DNA from: Thermoplasmatota archaeon | GTDB taxonomy: Archaea; Thermoplasmatota; Thermoplasmata; Halarchaeoplasmatales; Halarchaeoplasmataceae | Assembly (NCBI GenBank): GCA_018334755.1 | Contig: JAGXLI010000003.1 | Location: forward strand, 1 to 63,342 | DNA: 63,342 nt | Direction: 5' to 3' | Part shown: piece after piece, positions 18,845 to 27,551 of the stretch | How positions within the stretch are numbered: the stretch's first letter is position 1 | How the letters are laid out: every line of letters begins with the position of its first letter | Program-made: the position numbers and the translations under genes | Notes under the pieces: generated by a model | The model's database searches: none | What the model was told of the DNA's origin: nothing | The model's input: only the letters and a program-made list of their open reading frames with translations

Positions 18845-20023
18845 TTATATCTCAACGAGCATCGTAACTGCATTTCCACCGCCTAGGCATGCAGTAGCTA
18901 GACCTCTTCCTCCTCCTCTCTGTTTCAACGCGTAGAGAAGAGTCGTTAGAATCCGAGCGCCACTGCATCCTATCGGGTGACCGAGCGCCACGGCTCCGCC
19001 GTGGACGTTGAATTTATCATCAGGAATGTCAAATTCCTTCTGTACAGCTGCAGAAGCGGAAGCGAAGGCCTCATTATGCTCTATCAAGTCAAGGTCCGAG
19101 ATGTCAAGATCGTTCCTTTCTAAGATCGTTTTTATCCCGGGTATTGGAGCTTCCATCACATTCTTGGGTTTAACTCCAGACGTGTAATAATCCACTATCT
19201 TAGCCATCGGTTCGACCCCCTTTTCTTTAGCTTTTTCTTCGCTCGTCACCACGGTGGCAGAGGAACCAGCGGATATCTGTGAGGCGTTCCCCGCAGTTAT
19301 GTATCCATCATCCTGGAACGCCGGTGAAAGCTTGCTGAGGTCGTCAAGTGAAGTGTCTGGCCGGATGCCTTCGTCTTCCTCGAATATTTTCGCGTCGCCT
19401 CTCCTCTGAGGCACCTCTACTGGGACTATCTCATCGTCAAATTTCCCATTTTCCCTTGCTTCGGCTGCGAGTTGATGGCTCCGGAGAGCGAATCTGTCAA
19501 CGTCTTCTCTGCTCAGATCAAATCTCTCTGCTATCCTATCTCCGGTGATCCCCATATGAAAATCGTTAAAGTAATCCCAGAGACCGTCGTAGACCATCGC
19601 ATCTACTAGGTCCCCGTCATTCATTCTATACCCATATCTTGCCTTCCTCAGGATATAGGGCGCTTTATCCATATTTTCCATCCCGCCGGCTACTATGGTA
19701 TCGTATTCATTAGCCTTGATACTGTTAGCGGCGTTCATAATGGTCTTTAGCCCCGAGCCGCAGACTTTGTTAACAGTAACGGCTCCGACATCTACCGGCA
19801 TATCGGCACCTAAAGCGGCCTGGCGAGCAGGATTCTGTCCCATCCCCGCCGATAATACCAGTCCCATCTGGACTTCATCTACATCTTCCTTCTTTATACT
19901 GGCTCTATCAACAGCCTCATCGATTGTGATACTACCCAGTTTTGGGGACCGCATATCCTTCAACGTTCCACCAAATTTACCGATCGGTGTTCTTACCGCA
20001 GAAACTATTACAGGATCTTTCAT
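18845..20023 (-). CDS. thl: Acetyl-CoA C-acetyltransferase (bacterial-type thiolase II)
   Basis: 392 aa. VNKVCGSGLK (nucleophile Cys), NEAFA, GGAVALGHPIGCSGAR, CLGGGNAV. Confidence 0.93.
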   Translation of the reverse strand: MKDPVIVSAVRTPIGKFGGTLKDMRSPKLGSITIDEAVDRASIKKEDVDEVQMGLVLSAGMGQNPARQAALGADMPVDVGAVTVNKVCGSGLKTIMNAANSIKANEYDTIVAGGMENMDKAPYILRKARYGYRMNDGDLVDAMVYDGLWDYFNDFHMGITGDRIAERFDLSREDVDRFALRSHQLAAEARENGKFDDEIVPVEVPQRRGDAKIFEEDEGIRPDTSLDDLSKLSPAFQDDGYITAGNASQISAGSSATVVTSEEKAKEKGVEPMAKIVDYYTSGVKPKNVMEAPIPGIKTILERNDLDISDLDLIEHNEAFASASAAVQKEFDIPDDKFNVHGGAVALGHPIGCSGARILTTLLYALKQRGGGRGLATACLGGGNAVTMLVEI

Positions 20024-20081
20024 GGTTATTTCTCCTTTTAAATCTCATTTAACATATTGCGGAGGAAGATATAGAAACCAT

Positions 20082-20090
20082 CTATTTAAG
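20082..20090 (-). promoter_or_regulatory. Possible internal TATA box ahead of thl
   Basis: Minus-strand CTTAAATAG in the only sizeable spacer (126 nt) of the acd...mvhA array, about 60 nt upstream of the thl ATG. A GGAG box sits 8 nt before the ATG. Confidence 0.25.
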
Positions 20091-20149
20091 ATTGGCGAAA
20101 AGGATAGAAGGTTGAATTCTTTGAGCGGATAAGTGAAGTCTATCTAGGG

Positions 20150-21106
20150 TCAACCTTTTTCCTCGTTTATCGCCTCGACCAATTTCGGCACCACTTCATA
20201 GAGATCTCCTACGATGCCGTAGTCCGCCGATTCGAAGATAGGGGCGTCCTCGTCTTTGTTTATCGCCACGACGGTTCCAGAATCACGCATACCGGCTATA
20301 TGTTGGATCTGTCCGGATATCCCGATAGCTACGTAAAGCTCCGGCTTCACTTCGTGTCCCGAAAGACCTATCCAGTGATCCTCGGGGAGCCATTTAAGAT
20401 CAGCAGCGATGGGCCGAGAACAGCCTATAGTTCCTCTTTCGAGGGCTTCACTAAGGTCCTCTGCAAGATCTAGATCCTCCTGATTCTCGAAACCCCGACC
20501 GCAGGAGACTATTATCTCGGCATCCTCGACGTTGACTCCCTCACTTTCTTTTTCCTGGACATCTATGATCTTCGATTCCGCCTCGATAACTTCTAGTTCT
20601 TCTCGGGTTATCTCACCTTCTCTTCCTTCATCCTTGGACAAGGGATCGAAGTTCTTCGACGGGATCGTTACAATAGAGGGTTCTGATATGAAATTTTTCA
20701 CGGCGACCGCGTTTCCGCTGTACGCGACCCTTTCAGCAGTTAAGGTGCCATCCTCGAAGTAAAGATCGGTACAGTCGGTCACGCAGCCGGTCTCCAGCTT
20801 TGCCGCTAATCTAGGAGCTATTTCCTTTCCACTCTTATCGGAACCGATCAATACGATCTCCGAATCGGTCTTTTCTACCAGCTTTTTCAAAACTTGAGTG
20901 TACTCTTCTGCCTTGAATTGCTCTATATCCGTGTTAGCGAGGATAACTTCATCTGACCCATGGTAGATCAACTCGTTAGCAACCTCATCATCATCTTCTC
21001 CGATGATCACAGAGGTCACCTTACTGCCCGTTTCATCTGCTAATTCCCTTCCTTTGGCTATCAATTCTTTAGTTGTATCTTTATCGTCAGAATATATCAG
21101 CACCAT
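20150..21106 (-). CDS. etfA: Electron transfer flavoprotein large (alpha) subunit
   Basis: 318 aa. C-terminal FAD domain with VAIGISGQIQHIAGM. No N-terminal ferredoxin domain. Confidence 0.9.
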   Translation of the reverse strand: MVLIYSDDKDTTKELIAKGRELADETGSKVTSVIIGEDDDEVANELIYHGSDEVILANTDIEQFKAEEYTQVLKKLVEKTDSEIVLIGSDKSGKEIAPRLAAKLETGCVTDCTDLYFEDGTLTAERVAYSGNAVAVKNFISEPSIVTIPSKNFDPLSKDEGREGEITREELEVIEAESKIIDVQEKESEGVNVEDAEIIVSCGRGFENQEDLDLAEDLSEALERGTIGCSRPIAADLKWLPEDHWIGLSGHEVKPELYVAIGISGQIQHIAGMRDSGTVVAINKDEDAPIFESADYGIVGDLYEVVPKLVEAINEEKG

Positions 21107-21108
21107 CT

Positions 21109-21882
21109 TTATCCCTCCAGTAAACCCTCTTTGGCAATATTTTCGGCCAGATTTTTAACAGAATCTTCTAACTCGTCCTCGTCGAATATGATGTTCTTAC
21201 GTTCCATGGAAACGCCTCTTATGTCCTTCATTTCCGTAGTAGGTTCAATCTCATGATCCATGAATTCCTTCGGTCCCCATTCGTTTATGGGTTTATTTGC
21301 CGCCCCTAGGATCTCCTGAAGGCTCGGTAATCGGGGGTCATTTATTTCTTTAGTTACGGTGACAACAACAGGGTAGGGCGATTCCACTGTCATGATCTTG
21401 TTTCCGCCGACATCCCTTTCACCGACTATCTTCTCCTCTTCAACATCAAGGTTTTCGGCATAAGTGATCTGAGGGACATTCAACAACTCAGCTATCCTGG
21501 GTCCAACTTGACCGGAGAACAGATCGATGGAGGCTTCGCCGCACAGCACCAGATCGATATCGCCGATCTCTTCGACAGCGCCGGCCAATAGTTCAGAGAC
21601 AACCGTATAGTCAGATTCTTCCGGTGGAGATATAATCACCGCTTCGTCAGCCCCCATGGCGAGTAACTCTTTCATATTCTCCATGTTATCCACGGACCCG
21701 ACGGTCAAAATAGTTATCTCTCCGCCGTATTCCTCTTTAATCTTTATAGCCTCCTCGACAGCACTTTTTTCTATATCGTTGACTTCCTTCGAGATACCTT
21801 CTAGGATCGGCTTATTCGTTTTTTCGTCTATCTTTATCTCTGAAACATCGACGACTTCCTTGGCACAGACCGCGATATTCAT
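21109..21882 (-). CDS. etfB: Electron transfer flavoprotein small (beta) subunit
   Basis: MNIAVCAKEV..., VLCGEASIDLFSGQVGPRIAELLNVPQITY. ATG 21882 lies 10 nt after the acd stop; the TTG 21891 of the ORF track is less likely. Confidence 0.9.
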   Translation of the reverse strand: MNIAVCAKEVVDVSEIKIDEKTNKPILEGISKEVNDIEKSAVEEAIKIKEEYGGEITILTVGSVDNMENMKELLAMGADEAVIISPPEESDYTVVSELLAGAVEEIGDIDLVLCGEASIDLFSGQVGPRIAELLNVPQITYAENLDVEEEKIVGERDVGGNKIMTVESPYPVVVTVTKEINDPRLPSLQEILGAANKPINEWGPKEFMDHEIEPTTEMKDIRGVSMERKNIIFDEDELEDSVKNLAENIAKEGLLEG

Positions 21883-21892
21883 CTTTATCAAC

Positions 21893-23032
21893 TCAACTTA
21901 GAAGACTTCTTGCGATGACCATCTTTTGGGCTTCCGAAGTACCCTCGTAAATTTCGGTTATCTTCGCGTCCCTGAACAGCTGCTCGACCTTGTATTCCTC
22001 TATATAACCATAGCCTCCATGGATCTGGATACCTTCATCTGCGGCCTCATTGGCAACTTCAGAGGCGAACAACTTGGCCATAGATGCTTCTTTCGTGAAC
22101 CTTTCACCACGGTCTGCAGCGTCCGCGGCATTATAGACGAGCAACCTTGCAGCCTCTGTCTTGGTCTCCATATCGGCCAATTTGAACTGGATCCCCTGGA
22201 AGTTGGAGATAGATTTACCGAATTGCTCTCTCTGTTGAGAGTATTTGATGGATTCGTCTATCGCCGCTTGTGCGATCCCGACCGCTTGGGCCCCGATACC
22301 TATTCTCCCGTGATCTAGGGCACTGAGCGCTATCTTATAACCTTCACCTTCTTTTCCGAGTAGATTTTCCTCAGGTACCTCCATATCTTCAAAGAACAAT
22401 TCCGAGACCTTGTTAGCATGAATCCCCATCTTGTCGAAAACATCGCCGACCTCGAATCCGTCGGTATCGCTGTTGACGATAAATGCACTTATACCATTTC
22501 GGCCTTTGCTTTTATCGGTCACCGCGAAGACTAGAAAAAGCCCCGCTTCGCTGCCGCTGGTTATGAATGTCTTCTGGCCGTTGATTATGTATTTGTCGCC
22601 GTCCTTTTCTGCAGTAGTCTGCATGGCGCCAAGATTGGTCCCGGCGTCTGGTTCTGTACCGCCGAATGCACCGATCTTTTCACCGCTCGCCAACATCGGC
22701 AGATATTTTTCTTTCTGTTCTTCGGTCCCGTAATGCATTATAGGGCTTGCGACCAATGAGTTATGGACTTCGGTTATAACGCCGGTAGCCGCACACTTTC
22801 TCGAAATCTCTTCGATCACTATGGCAAAACTCACAGTATCCATCCCGGCTCCATCGTACTCCTCAGGGATCATGATCCCGAGAAGGCCGAGATCGGACAT
22901 CTTATCGAGTATCTCGTGAGGATATTCCCTCTCTTCATCCAATTCGTCAGCTACTGGTTCGATCTCATTCTCTGCAAAATCTCTTACCATATTACGGACC
23001 ATCTTCTGGTTATCGGTCAGTTCGAAGTTCAT
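21893..23032 (-). CDS. acd: Short-chain (butyryl-CoA type) acyl-CoA dehydrogenase
   Basis: 379 aa. GAFGGTEPDAGTN, QREQFGK, IYEGTSEAQ (catalytic Glu region). Confidence 0.93.
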   Translation of the reverse strand: MNFELTDNQKMVRNMVRDFAENEIEPVADELDEEREYPHEILDKMSDLGLLGIMIPEEYDGAGMDTVSFAIVIEEISRKCAATGVITEVHNSLVASPIMHYGTEEQKEKYLPMLASGEKIGAFGGTEPDAGTNLGAMQTTAEKDGDKYIINGQKTFITSGSEAGLFLVFAVTDKSKGRNGISAFIVNSDTDGFEVGDVFDKMGIHANKVSELFFEDMEVPEENLLGKEGEGYKIALSALDHGRIGIGAQAVGIAQAAIDESIKYSQQREQFGKSISNFQGIQFKLADMETKTEAARLLVYNAADAADRGERFTKEASMAKLFASEVANEAADEGIQIHGGYGYIEEYKVEQLFRDAKITEIYEGTSEAQKMVIARSLLS

Positions 23033-23053
23033 GCTGTCATCAATCTTCCTGCA

Positions 23054-23063
23054 CTAAATAAAA
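23054..23063 (-). promoter_or_regulatory. TATA-like box for acd (leaderless geometry)
   Basis: Minus-strand TTTTATTTAG centred about 26 nt upstream of ATG 23032. Confidence 0.35.
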
Positions 23064-23149
23064 TTTTCGTCCCAGGATGTTTGTCAGTAAAGAGCCAAGA
23101 CTGGCTCAAATCTCGAATGTGGTTCCCGAGCTTTAGGATAAAATTCCGT

Positions 23150-23677
23150 CTATCCTTCCAATTTAGTCAAGTTCTCTTTGTATCGGGTCGAGAGTTCCTT
23201 GTAGATCTGTTTATAATCCTTCCATTTCTTCTTGTACTCTTCATCCACTTCCTTCACTATTTTAGCCGGAACGCCGACTGCGACCTTTTCGTCCGGTATA
23301 TCCTTCTCGTTTGCCACCAAAGCTCCCTCTCCCACGACGCTCCACTCGCCGATAACTGCAAAATCGCTTATTATAGCTCCCATCCCGACGACCGCGTAGT
23401 CCTTGATCTCCGGTCCGTGGATTATCGCTCCGTGCCCTATAGTCACCCAATCACCTATAACCGTTTTCTCACCGGGTCTTGCGTGAACGACGCAGTTTTC
23501 CTGTATGTTGGTATTATCTCCAACGACAACGGTCCCATAATCACCTTTTATCTTAGCTCCTGGGCCTATGAAGCAGTCCTTACCTATGGTGACGTCCCCG
23601 ACGACTTCCGCACTGTCACTCACGTACGCAGTCTTATCCACATTAGGTCTTCTTCCTTCAAACTTATACAATGTCAT
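23150..23677 (-). CDS. Left-handed beta-helix protein, gamma-carbonic anhydrase / PaaY / CaiE family
   Basis: 175 aa. Hexapeptide repeats, with His triad positions conserved (VVHARPG ... IGHGAIIHG). Confidence 0.85.
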   Translation of the reverse strand: MTLYKFEGRRPNVDKTAYVSDSAEVVGDVTIGKDCFIGPGAKIKGDYGTVVVGDNTNIQENCVVHARPGEKTVIGDWVTIGHGAIIHGPEIKDYAVVGMGAIISDFAVIGEWSVVGEGALVANEKDIPDEKVAVGVPAKIVKEVDEEYKKKWKDYKQIYKELSTRYKENLTKLEG

Positions 23678-23808
23678 GATAGAATCTATAGAAAATACTT
23701 ATAAATCTTTTTTGTAGCCGGATTAAAAATAGTATAGATCTCCACAAAACATTTTTTAACTTGAACGTGTTTTCTCCCCTTGATATCTAAATTTAGAGGT
23801 GAAGCAAG

Positions 23809-24216
23809 ATGGGGCGGAAGATCAGAGTATTGATAGCAAAACCCGGGTTGGACGGTCACGATAGAGGGGCGAAGGTGGTGGCTCGCGCGCTCAGAGATGC
23901 GGGTATGGAAGTGATCTATACGGGATTACATCAGACCCCTGAACAGATCGTGGAAGCCGCGATTCAAGAAGATGTCGTTGTCATAGGTCTTTCGGCACTC
24001 TCAGGTGCTCACTTGGAATTATTTCCCCAGGTGGTTGACCTTCTTGAAGAAAATAATGCGGAAGATATAATAGTGCTCGGCGGGGGAATAATCCCGGATG
24101 ATGATGCCGAAAAGCTTAGGGAAGAGGGGTTAGCTAAGATATTCGGACCGGGTACACCGACCCAGGAGATCGTTGAATATATAAGAGAGAATGTGGAACT
24201 CGAGAGCGGGGAATGA
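23809..24216 (+). CDS. B12-dependent acyl-CoA mutase, small cobalamin-binding subunit
   Basis: 135 aa. [34 protein letters not shown] (DxHxxG), GGGIIP. Confidence 0.9.
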   Translation: MGRKIRVLIAKPGLDGHDRGAKVVARALRDAGMEVIYTGLHQTPEQIVEAAIQEDVVVIGLSALSGAHLELFPQVVDLLEENNAEDIIVLGGGIIPDDDAEKLREEGLAKIFGPGTPTQEIVEYIRENVELESGE

Positions 24217-24220
24217 CTTG

Positions 24221-25168
24221 ATGGAGATAGTATCTGAATTATTGTCAGGGGACAGGAGAGCCCTCGCTAGATTGATAAGCATGGTAGAAAATTTAGAGCC
24301 GGGGGCGAAGAAGGCCCTTTCTGAACTCTATTCTTATACAGGAAACGCACACGTCATAGGGATAACTGGTCCTCCGGGTTCCGGGAAAAGTACGGTAGTT
24401 GATAAACTCACTTTGGAATTATTGGATGAAGGTAAAAGCGTTGGGATAATAGCTGTCGATCCCACCTCTCCATTTACTGGGGGAGCGCTCTTAGGAGATA
24501 GGGTCAGGATGAACGAGGTATCTCTCGACGAGGACGTGTTCATCCGAAGCATGGGTACGAGGGGACATCTCGGCGGATTGGCCACCAAGACGAGAGATGT
24601 CATAAAGATATTGGATGCCTTCGGTAAAGATTTTATTCTTGTCGAAACAGTTGGAGCGGGACAGTCGGAAGTGGAGGTAGTAAAGGCCGCACATACCACC
24701 ATAATAGTCGAGGTCCCGGGGCTGGGAGACGATATACAGGCGATAAAAGCAGGTATATTGGAGATAGGCGATATCTTTATCGTAAATAAGGCGGACAGAG
24801 ATGGGGCCGATAACACCGCTAGAGAATTGGACACGATGCTCGGTATGAATCAAGAAGAAAAAGATTGGGAACCCCCCATCCTGAAGACCGTAGCTAAGGA
24901 AGGCAAAAATATCGATGAACTGAATGATGCGATCAGCTCTCATCTGTCTCATCTGAAGGAAACGGGCGGTTTTGAAGAGTTGAAAAAGAAACAGATCAGA
25001 GATGAATTCTTAGATATAGTGAGAGAAAAGATATACTCCTACACCATGGAACGTACAGCTGAAGGAAAAATAGATGAGATAGTCGAGAACGTGATGAACT
25101 CCGAGATCGATCCATATTCGGCTGCCGAAGACTTTCTAGAGCCGTTGGAAGAAGATCGGAAGGATTGA
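24221..25168 (+). CDS. meaB: Mutase-associated G3E GTPase (MeaB/ArgK family)
   Basis: GITGPPGSGKST, VETVGAGQSE, NKADR. ATG 24221 (MEIVSELL...) is preferred over the overlapping 24191 start. Confidence 0.9.
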   Translation: MEIVSELLSGDRRALARLISMVENLEPGAKKALSELYSYTGNAHVIGITGPPGSGKSTVVDKLTLELLDEGKSVGIIAVDPTSPFTGGALLGDRVRMNEVSLDEDVFIRSMGTRGHLGGLATKTRDVIKILDAFGKDFILVETVGAGQSEVEVVKAAHTTIIVEVPGLGDDIQAIKAGILEIGDIFIVNKADRDGADNTARELDTMLGMNQEEKDWEPPILKTVAKEGKNIDELNDAISSHLSHLKETGGFEELKKKQIRDEFLDIVREKIYSYTMERTAEGKIDEIVENVMNSEIDPYSAAEDFLEPLEEDRKD

Positions 25169-25201
25169 ATTTTTAACTTTTTCTCCGCTCGGTATTCAAA
25201 T

Positions 25202-26881
25202 TCAGTATATCAGCGGTTCGTCGTATTCTCCAAATACCTCTTTAAGGACACTTGTTATCTCACCGAGAGTCGCATATGCCTTGGCGCATCTCAAAATGGC
25301 GGGCATCGTATTTTCATCGCCTTCAGCCACTTCTCTCAGATTGTCCAATGCTTCCTGGACCTCTTTGTCGTCTCTCTCTTCTTTAAGTTTCTCTAATCGT
25401 TCTATCTGCGTTTTCTCACCTTCCGGATCCATCTCTAAAAGAGGGATATCAGGCTCCTCGTCAAGTTGGAATTCGTTCACCCCTACCACCGTCCGCTTAT
25501 TTTCTTCTATCTCTTTCTGGTACTGTGCCGATGCGTCCGCTATCTCTTTCTGGAAGAAACCCTTTTTGATCGCGGGTATGACCCCTCCTAGACTCTCTAT
25601 CTTGTCGAAGTACTTGTAGGCCTCTTCTTCCATGTGATCGGTAAGCCACTCGACATAATACGATCCTCCCAGGGGATCGATCGTGTTAGGGGCGCCGCTT
25701 TCATGGGCTATGGTTTGTTGAGTTCTGAGAGCTAGCCTGACGGCCTTCTCAGAAGGTAAAGCTAAAGCTTCATCCATCGAATTGGTATGGAGCGATTGGG
25801 TCCCGCCCATAACGGCGGCAAGGGCTTGGATCGCGACCCTGATAAGGTTCACTTCGGGCTGCTGGGCGGTTAGAGAGACACCGGAAGTTTGGGTGTGGAA
25901 TCTCATCCACATAGATCGTTCCTTTTCAGCGCCAAAAGTTTCCTTCATCTCCCTCGCCCATATCCTCCTGGCGGCTCGAAATTTAGCGATCTCTTCGAAA
26001 AAATCGTTATGAGCGTTGAAGAAAAACGACAGACGCGGGGCAAAATCATCGACATCCAATCCCCGATCGACAGCCCATCTTACATATTCCATCCCGTCAG
26101 CTAGAGTAAAGGCAAGCTCTTGGACGGCCGTCGCACCTGCCTCTCTGATATGATACCCGGATATAGATATCGTATTCCATTTCGGCACGTTTTTTGATCC
26201 GTATTCGAACGTATCTACGATCAACCGCATCGACGGTTCTGGGGGAAAGATGAATGATTTTTGAGCGATATACTCCTTCAAAATATCGTTCTGGATCGTT
26301 CCTCTGAGCTCCTCTTTGGGTACACCCTTCTTTTCCGCCATGGCGATATAGAAAGCCCATAATATAGAGGCGGGTCCGTTTATAGTCATAGACGTGCTGA
26401 TCTCACTAGGGTCTATACCATCGAAGAGGATCTCCATGTCCTTCAGAGACGAAACGGCCACGCCGCATTTCCCGAATTCACCTTCGGCCATCGCGTCATC
26501 GGTGTCGTAGCCGTACAAGGTGGGATAATCGAACGCGATAGATAAGCCGGTTTCACCATGGTCTATCAGATATTTAAATCGCTCATTGGTCTCTTCAGCG
26601 GTCCCAAAACCAGAAAATTGCCTCATGGTCCAAAGCTTTCCCCTGTGCATGGTGGGGTGAATGCCCCTGGTGAACGGATATTCCCCCGGAAATCCTAGAT
26701 CTTCTTGATAATCGAAATCTTCTAGGTCATCAGGAGTGTAGAGTCTATCGACGGGCATCGAAGAAGTGGTTATGAACTCTTCCTTCCTCTCCGGCCATTT
26801 CTCCAAGTTCGGCTTTAAGGTCTCATCTTTCCATCTTTCTTTTTCTTCAGCTATCTTTTCCTTATCACACATAACATTCAC
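25202..26881 (-). CDS. B12-dependent acyl-CoA mutase, large (substrate-binding) subunit; not a canonical methylmalonyl-CoA mutase
   Basis: 559 aa. [72 protein letters not shown]. The signature positions are His79 and Gln207. Confidence 0.9.
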   Translation of the reverse strand: MNVMCDKEKIAEEKERWKDETLKPNLEKWPERKEEFITTSSMPVDRLYTPDDLEDFDYQEDLGFPGEYPFTRGIHPTMHRGKLWTMRQFSGFGTAEETNERFKYLIDHGETGLSIAFDYPTLYGYDTDDAMAEGEFGKCGVAVSSLKDMEILFDGIDPSEISTSMTINGPASILWAFYIAMAEKKGVPKEELRGTIQNDILKEYIAQKSFIFPPEPSMRLIVDTFEYGSKNVPKWNTISISGYHIREAGATAVQELAFTLADGMEYVRWAVDRGLDVDDFAPRLSFFFNAHNDFFEEIAKFRAARRIWAREMKETFGAEKERSMWMRFHTQTSGVSLTAQQPEVNLIRVAIQALAAVMGGTQSLHTNSMDEALALPSEKAVRLALRTQQTIAHESGAPNTIDPLGGSYYVEWLTDHMEEEAYKYFDKIESLGGVIPAIKKGFFQKEIADASAQYQKEIEENKRTVVGVNEFQLDEEPDIPLLEMDPEGEKTQIERLEKLKEERDDKEVQEALDNLREVAEGDENTMPAILRCAKAYATLGEITSVLKEVFGEYDEPLIY

Positions 26882-26893
26882 CTCAGGTTCAGA

Positions 26894-27448
26894 TCAAAAT
26901 TCGATCCCCTCTCTTCCATCCATCCCTATCATATAAGGATGCTTAACTTCACTCATCACCGTGACTAAATCAGCTAAATCTATTATCGATGGGGGAGCGT
27001 TCCTTCCAGTCAATACGATCTCCATGTGCGGAGGCTTGTTTTCGAGCATCTCTATGACATCTTTTTCTTCTAGAAGTTCGAAATCCAGCACCATGTTCAT
27101 CTCATCTAATACGACTATGTCGTATTCTTCTTCTGATAACACTTCTTTAGCTCTATCAAAACCTTCTTTTGCAAAGTCGATATCGACCTGATCAGGATCG
27201 TTTTTATCTACAAAATCAGCTCGCCCATATTGTTCGATCTCTAAGCCAGGTAAATCTTCTATACTGCTGAGTTCCCCATATTTTATCTGTCCTTTCATGA
27301 ATTGGATGATCATACCTTTTTGATCATGACCCGCGGCTCTCAATGCCAGACCGAGAGCTGCCGTGGTTTTTCCTTTTCCTGTACCCGTGTAAACCTGAAC
27401 GATCCCGCTCCTTTTTTCATCTTCCAAGGGGGAACACCTGTTGAACAT
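26894..27448 (-). CDS. cobO: ATP:cob(I)alamin adenosyltransferase, CobO/BtuR type
   Basis: 184 aa. VYTGTGKGKTTAALGLALRAAGH, QFMKG, VLDE. Confidence 0.85.
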   Translation of the reverse strand: MFNRCSPLEDEKRSGIVQVYTGTGKGKTTAALGLALRAAGHDQKGMIIQFMKGQIKYGELSSIEDLPGLEIEQYGRADFVDKNDPDQVDIDFAKEGFDRAKEVLSEEEYDIVVLDEMNMVLDFELLEEKDVIEMLENKPPHMEIVLTGRNAPPSIIDLADLVTVMSEVKHPYMIGMDGREGIEF

Positions 27449-27551
27449 CTATAAACTTAACCCTCATAATATTTTCGGTATTTATCTTGGAATTCACGTA
27501 ACTCATAGTACCCGTGGATAAACTATTTATGTAACATACAGCTCGGCCAAA

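Noticed and set aside
22763-23704. 313-aa plus-strand ORF spanning the acd 5' end and the beta-helix protein gene
   Set aside because: It is entirely antisense to two well-supported genes, low-complexity (L/F/S/I-rich) and has no motif. It is a typical shadow ORF created by the GAA/GAG/GAT-rich coding strand.
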